NCBI GenBank assembly: GCA_963775685.1
Contig: CAVZJV010000014.1
Coordinates: 160,001-224,000 of the forward strand
Source: Candidatus Bathyarchaeota archaeon
Lineage (GTDB): Archaea; Thermoproteota; Bathyarchaeia; Bathyarchaeales; Bathycorpusculaceae
Length of the DNA stretch: 64,000 nucleotides
Direction: 5' to 3'
The number at the start of each line of letters is the position of its first letter. Position 1 is the stretch's first letter. The notes beneath the pieces were generated by a model. That model was not told where the DNA came from. It was given only the letters and a program-made list of their open reading frames with translations, and did no database searches. The translations under genes were made by a program, and so were the position numbers. Shown piece after piece: positions 61,325-64,000 of this stretch.

Positions 61325-61732
61325 TTATGTTGGGGGACGTTTTTGTGTATATTGGTATCGGCGGGGTTTGCCTATTCGGGTTAAGATGTTGTCTTTAACA
61401 AGGTCGACTAGGGCGTGAGCGACTGCGGTGCGGTCGTAGTGGAAGCCCTTGCGTGCGAGTTCAGTGTGGACATCATCTAATGCTCGAGGTTCGCTGAACC
61501 AGTTTTCTTCCCAGAGTTTTTGGATTACTCCTCGGCAGGTTTCGGCACGGGGAAGGGATGCATGGCGGTCTGTGGGTTGGGTGAGGTCGATGGCTTTTGA
61601 GTGTTCGGTGACGGTGGAGAGTATTTGGTTTACGGCGGTTTGGATTTGGTCGGGTTGAGCTTCGATTTCAAATTCTATGTCGCCGATTTTCATTTTTACG
61701 CGTATTGGTGGGCTTTGCGGGTTTTGTGTCAA
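61325..61732 (-). CDS. winged-helix DNA-binding protein
   Basis: WFSEPRALDDVHTELARKGFHYDRTAVAHALVDLVKDNILTRIGKPRRYQY; TTG start after GGTGA. Confidence 0.75.
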   Translation of the reverse strand: MTQNPQSPPIRVKMKIGDIEFEIEAQPDQIQTAVNQILSTVTEHSKAIDLTQPTDRHASLPRAETCRGVIQKLWEENWFSEPRALDDVHTELARKGFHYDRTAVAHALVDLVKDNILTRIGKPRRYQYTQKRPPT

Positions 61733-61825
61733 CTCTTCACCTATTGTATATTGTATTGTGCAAGATGCACATGCACAATACTTAAATATTTCACCAATAA
61801 AGATATTGAATATTGGTGAATCAAC

Positions 61826-62901
61826 GTGATTGAACAATATACAATTACTAACAAATATAACTTTCCACAACCAACAATCGACTCCATCCTTCCCCAACGC
61901 TTCTTCGAACAAAGCATCAAAACTCTACAACAAATCCAACACCACCCCCTCCAACTAAACCAGCAAATCCAACAACTAACTAACGAACAATACCCACCCA
62001 TCCTCCAACTAAAACCCATCCCAATCACGCTAAAACCAGACCACCAAGAAACCCTAGTCGCCGCAGTGGACACCTCAACAATAAAAATCGGCGAAACCCA
62101 AACTGGCATCATCGTTGCCGTAAGGGGTGCAACAACATGGAAACAAAACGGCTCTTACAAGTACACGCGCCTTGGGCCATTTATTTTTCACATAACTGAG
62201 GAAAACAAAAACCAACTCTGCAGTACACTCGAACACGCATATTTCAGCACAACATACGGTAGCAGTCACCAATCCGCGCCAAACATCATGCAGATGCCCA
62301 CGCGCCTTGCCAGTCTGCTGGAGCGTTGGCTGCAAACTATGCTTGCAAAAACCGATAAACCGTGGCGTCCTGCTCTTCGACGGGTCATCTAACGTGCGGT
62401 ACTCCTGAAACTCCCACTCAGCGCCTCAGAGAAATCCTTGGTTACGCAAGAAGAAATCAAAGCACGGTTCTGGCGTTTTCCAAAGCTACTACTCTTAGGG
62501 CTAATGGTTTGTTGATTACGGAGCAGCTTCCAAACCACGACCCGCCTTACCTGCTTGAAACCACAGGGTTGCATTCTAAGCCGCCTATGATGCTTATGGG
62601 CGATGTTTACGTTGCGAGGCTTAACAAGGCAAACTTGGCGTTCAGACTGGACGTTGACCGGGAAACACCTATTGAGCAGCGGCTGGATGCAATCCAGAAA
62701 CTTTTGGGCAACGACCTCTACACCCAAAGCTACCCTGAAACGTTGCGGCTTTCCCACATCCTTTGCACATTTACCGCCAACGAAGTTTTAGCAATCAAAC
62801 ACTTCATAACTCGAAAACACGGCATCCAAATCGTCAACCGACCCGACATGCACGAAGTCCTCTTCGGCTCCTATGGCTTTAAAGGAGAAAATTACTCATG
62901 A
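61826..62901 (+). CDS. nurA: NurA-family nuclease, frameshift ~62355
   Basis: VAAVDTS, LLFDGS (shifted frame), AFSK, FRLD, SYPETLRLSH; overlaps the helicase ATG. Confidence 0.75.
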
Positions 62902-64000
62902 AACTCTACAGAAAAGAAGGCAATGTGCTTGCAAGTCATCAGCTTCCCAACTGAATGCGCTGAAAAAGGCGACTACCTGCTGGTTGAAGATGCCGATGCA
63001 GCAAAGGCATTAATCGCCCAAGTAATCGATGTGCAATTTGCGGCTGTTCCCGGCGTTCTGGAGGAGCTTTTGCGGACGTTACCTGACGGCGGCGAATCGC
63101 TACAGGGCGAAGACATCGACCCCATGGAAATTGCGCCGCACATCACTTATATCCAAGACGCAAGCCTGCTCATCTGCAAAATCCGTGCTACTTTGGAAAA
63201 CGAAATGCTCAGCCCAAGCAGCAGTTGGCTCCCTTCCCGTTCGCAATCCACCATAAAAAAACTCTCCATACCCATGCTGATGAAACTGGCAAAAGTCGAC
63301 GGCAAATTGCCAATAACTTTAGGGTGGAACCAAAGACTCCTCACTTTTAACCATCGACGCCTCCTCAATCGACGGTACCTTAAACATCATAACGGGCAAG
63401 AAGGGCTGCGGCAAATCCCACCTCTCCAAACTCCTAATGGTTAACCTCGTCGGCTACAAAGCAACCGTCGTCATCTTCGACTTAAACGGCGAATATAGCA
63501 GCCTGGGCATGACCAACGATGGCAAACGCAACATGTACTACGACAAAATCCACACCCTCACTCCCAGCCAAAACTTCAAGGTGGCGCTTGAGCAGCTGCC
63601 ACTGAACACATTGATGGGCATACTTATAAACGCCTTGCATTTGCCGGGAACCTCTGCCCGGGAATTTCAGGCGACTATGGAAGATGCTTAAGGAGCAGGG
63701 AAAGCTGAACATGCAGAATTTGGGTGAGGCAATCCGTGATTTGAATTGTAATCAGCATGTGCGGGATGCGTTGGCTTCAGTTTTCATTCGTTTGCTAATT
63801 CTGGTTTTTTTACAGACTGCATCGGCGAAGCTACACTCTTGGATGAGAGTATCTTTAAAGCCAGAGACACAGGCGGCGCTATTGTGGTGAACCTCAAAAA
63901 TACCAGCAACATCGACCGTCAAATCGTCGTCGAATACGTCCTAGGTAAACTCGTCGATTCCCTCTCCAACTGGAAACTCAAAGCCGCCTTCCTCTTCGCC
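62898..64000 (+). CDS. herA: HerA-family ATPase/helicase (several frameshifts; truncated by the window end)
   Basis: N-terminal HAS-barrel-like region, NIITGKKGCGKSH Walker A (~63385-63420), VIFDLNGEY. Confidence 0.75.

Noticed and set aside
61860-62060. Extreme A/C strand skew
   Set aside because: Lies in the Gln/Pro/Thr-rich 5' coding part of nurA; no periodic repeat unit

Overview
Archaeal chromosome segment, most consistent with Bathyarchaeia: archaeal-type IleRS/GlyRS, Trm1, tRNA-splicing endonuclease, DGGGP synthase, CdvB/ESCRT-III, NurA-HerA and a large PQQ-like surface protein. Housekeeping genes are interspersed with (i) a GT4/six-hairpin/CBS/GH130 mannoside cluster, (ii) a decayed chemotaxis operon (20.9-22.7 kb), (iii) an orphan MoxR-type AAA+/VWA pair, and (iv) a ~9 kb integrated plasmid/virus-like element (~37.9-46.8 kb). 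That element carries two tyrosine recombinases, a Prim-Pol with a PriL-like Fe-S domain, an SF3 helicase containing an ori-like repeat structure, a divergent wHTH/AbrB switch, and nuclease/HNH/Trypco2-like cargo. Near the right end lie a signal peptide-CxxCH-Pro/Thr linker-CcsA-like fusion (an apparent cytochrome c joined to its own heme-attachment domain), a lone contractile tail sheath gene, and a NurA-HerA pair. A dispersed non-coding repeat occurs upstream of both aminoacyl-tRNA synthetase loci. Many genes carry 1-2 nt indels, probably long-read assembly errors. No rRNA, tRNA or CRISPR array was recognised. All family assignments come from motif recognition by eye, not from database searches.
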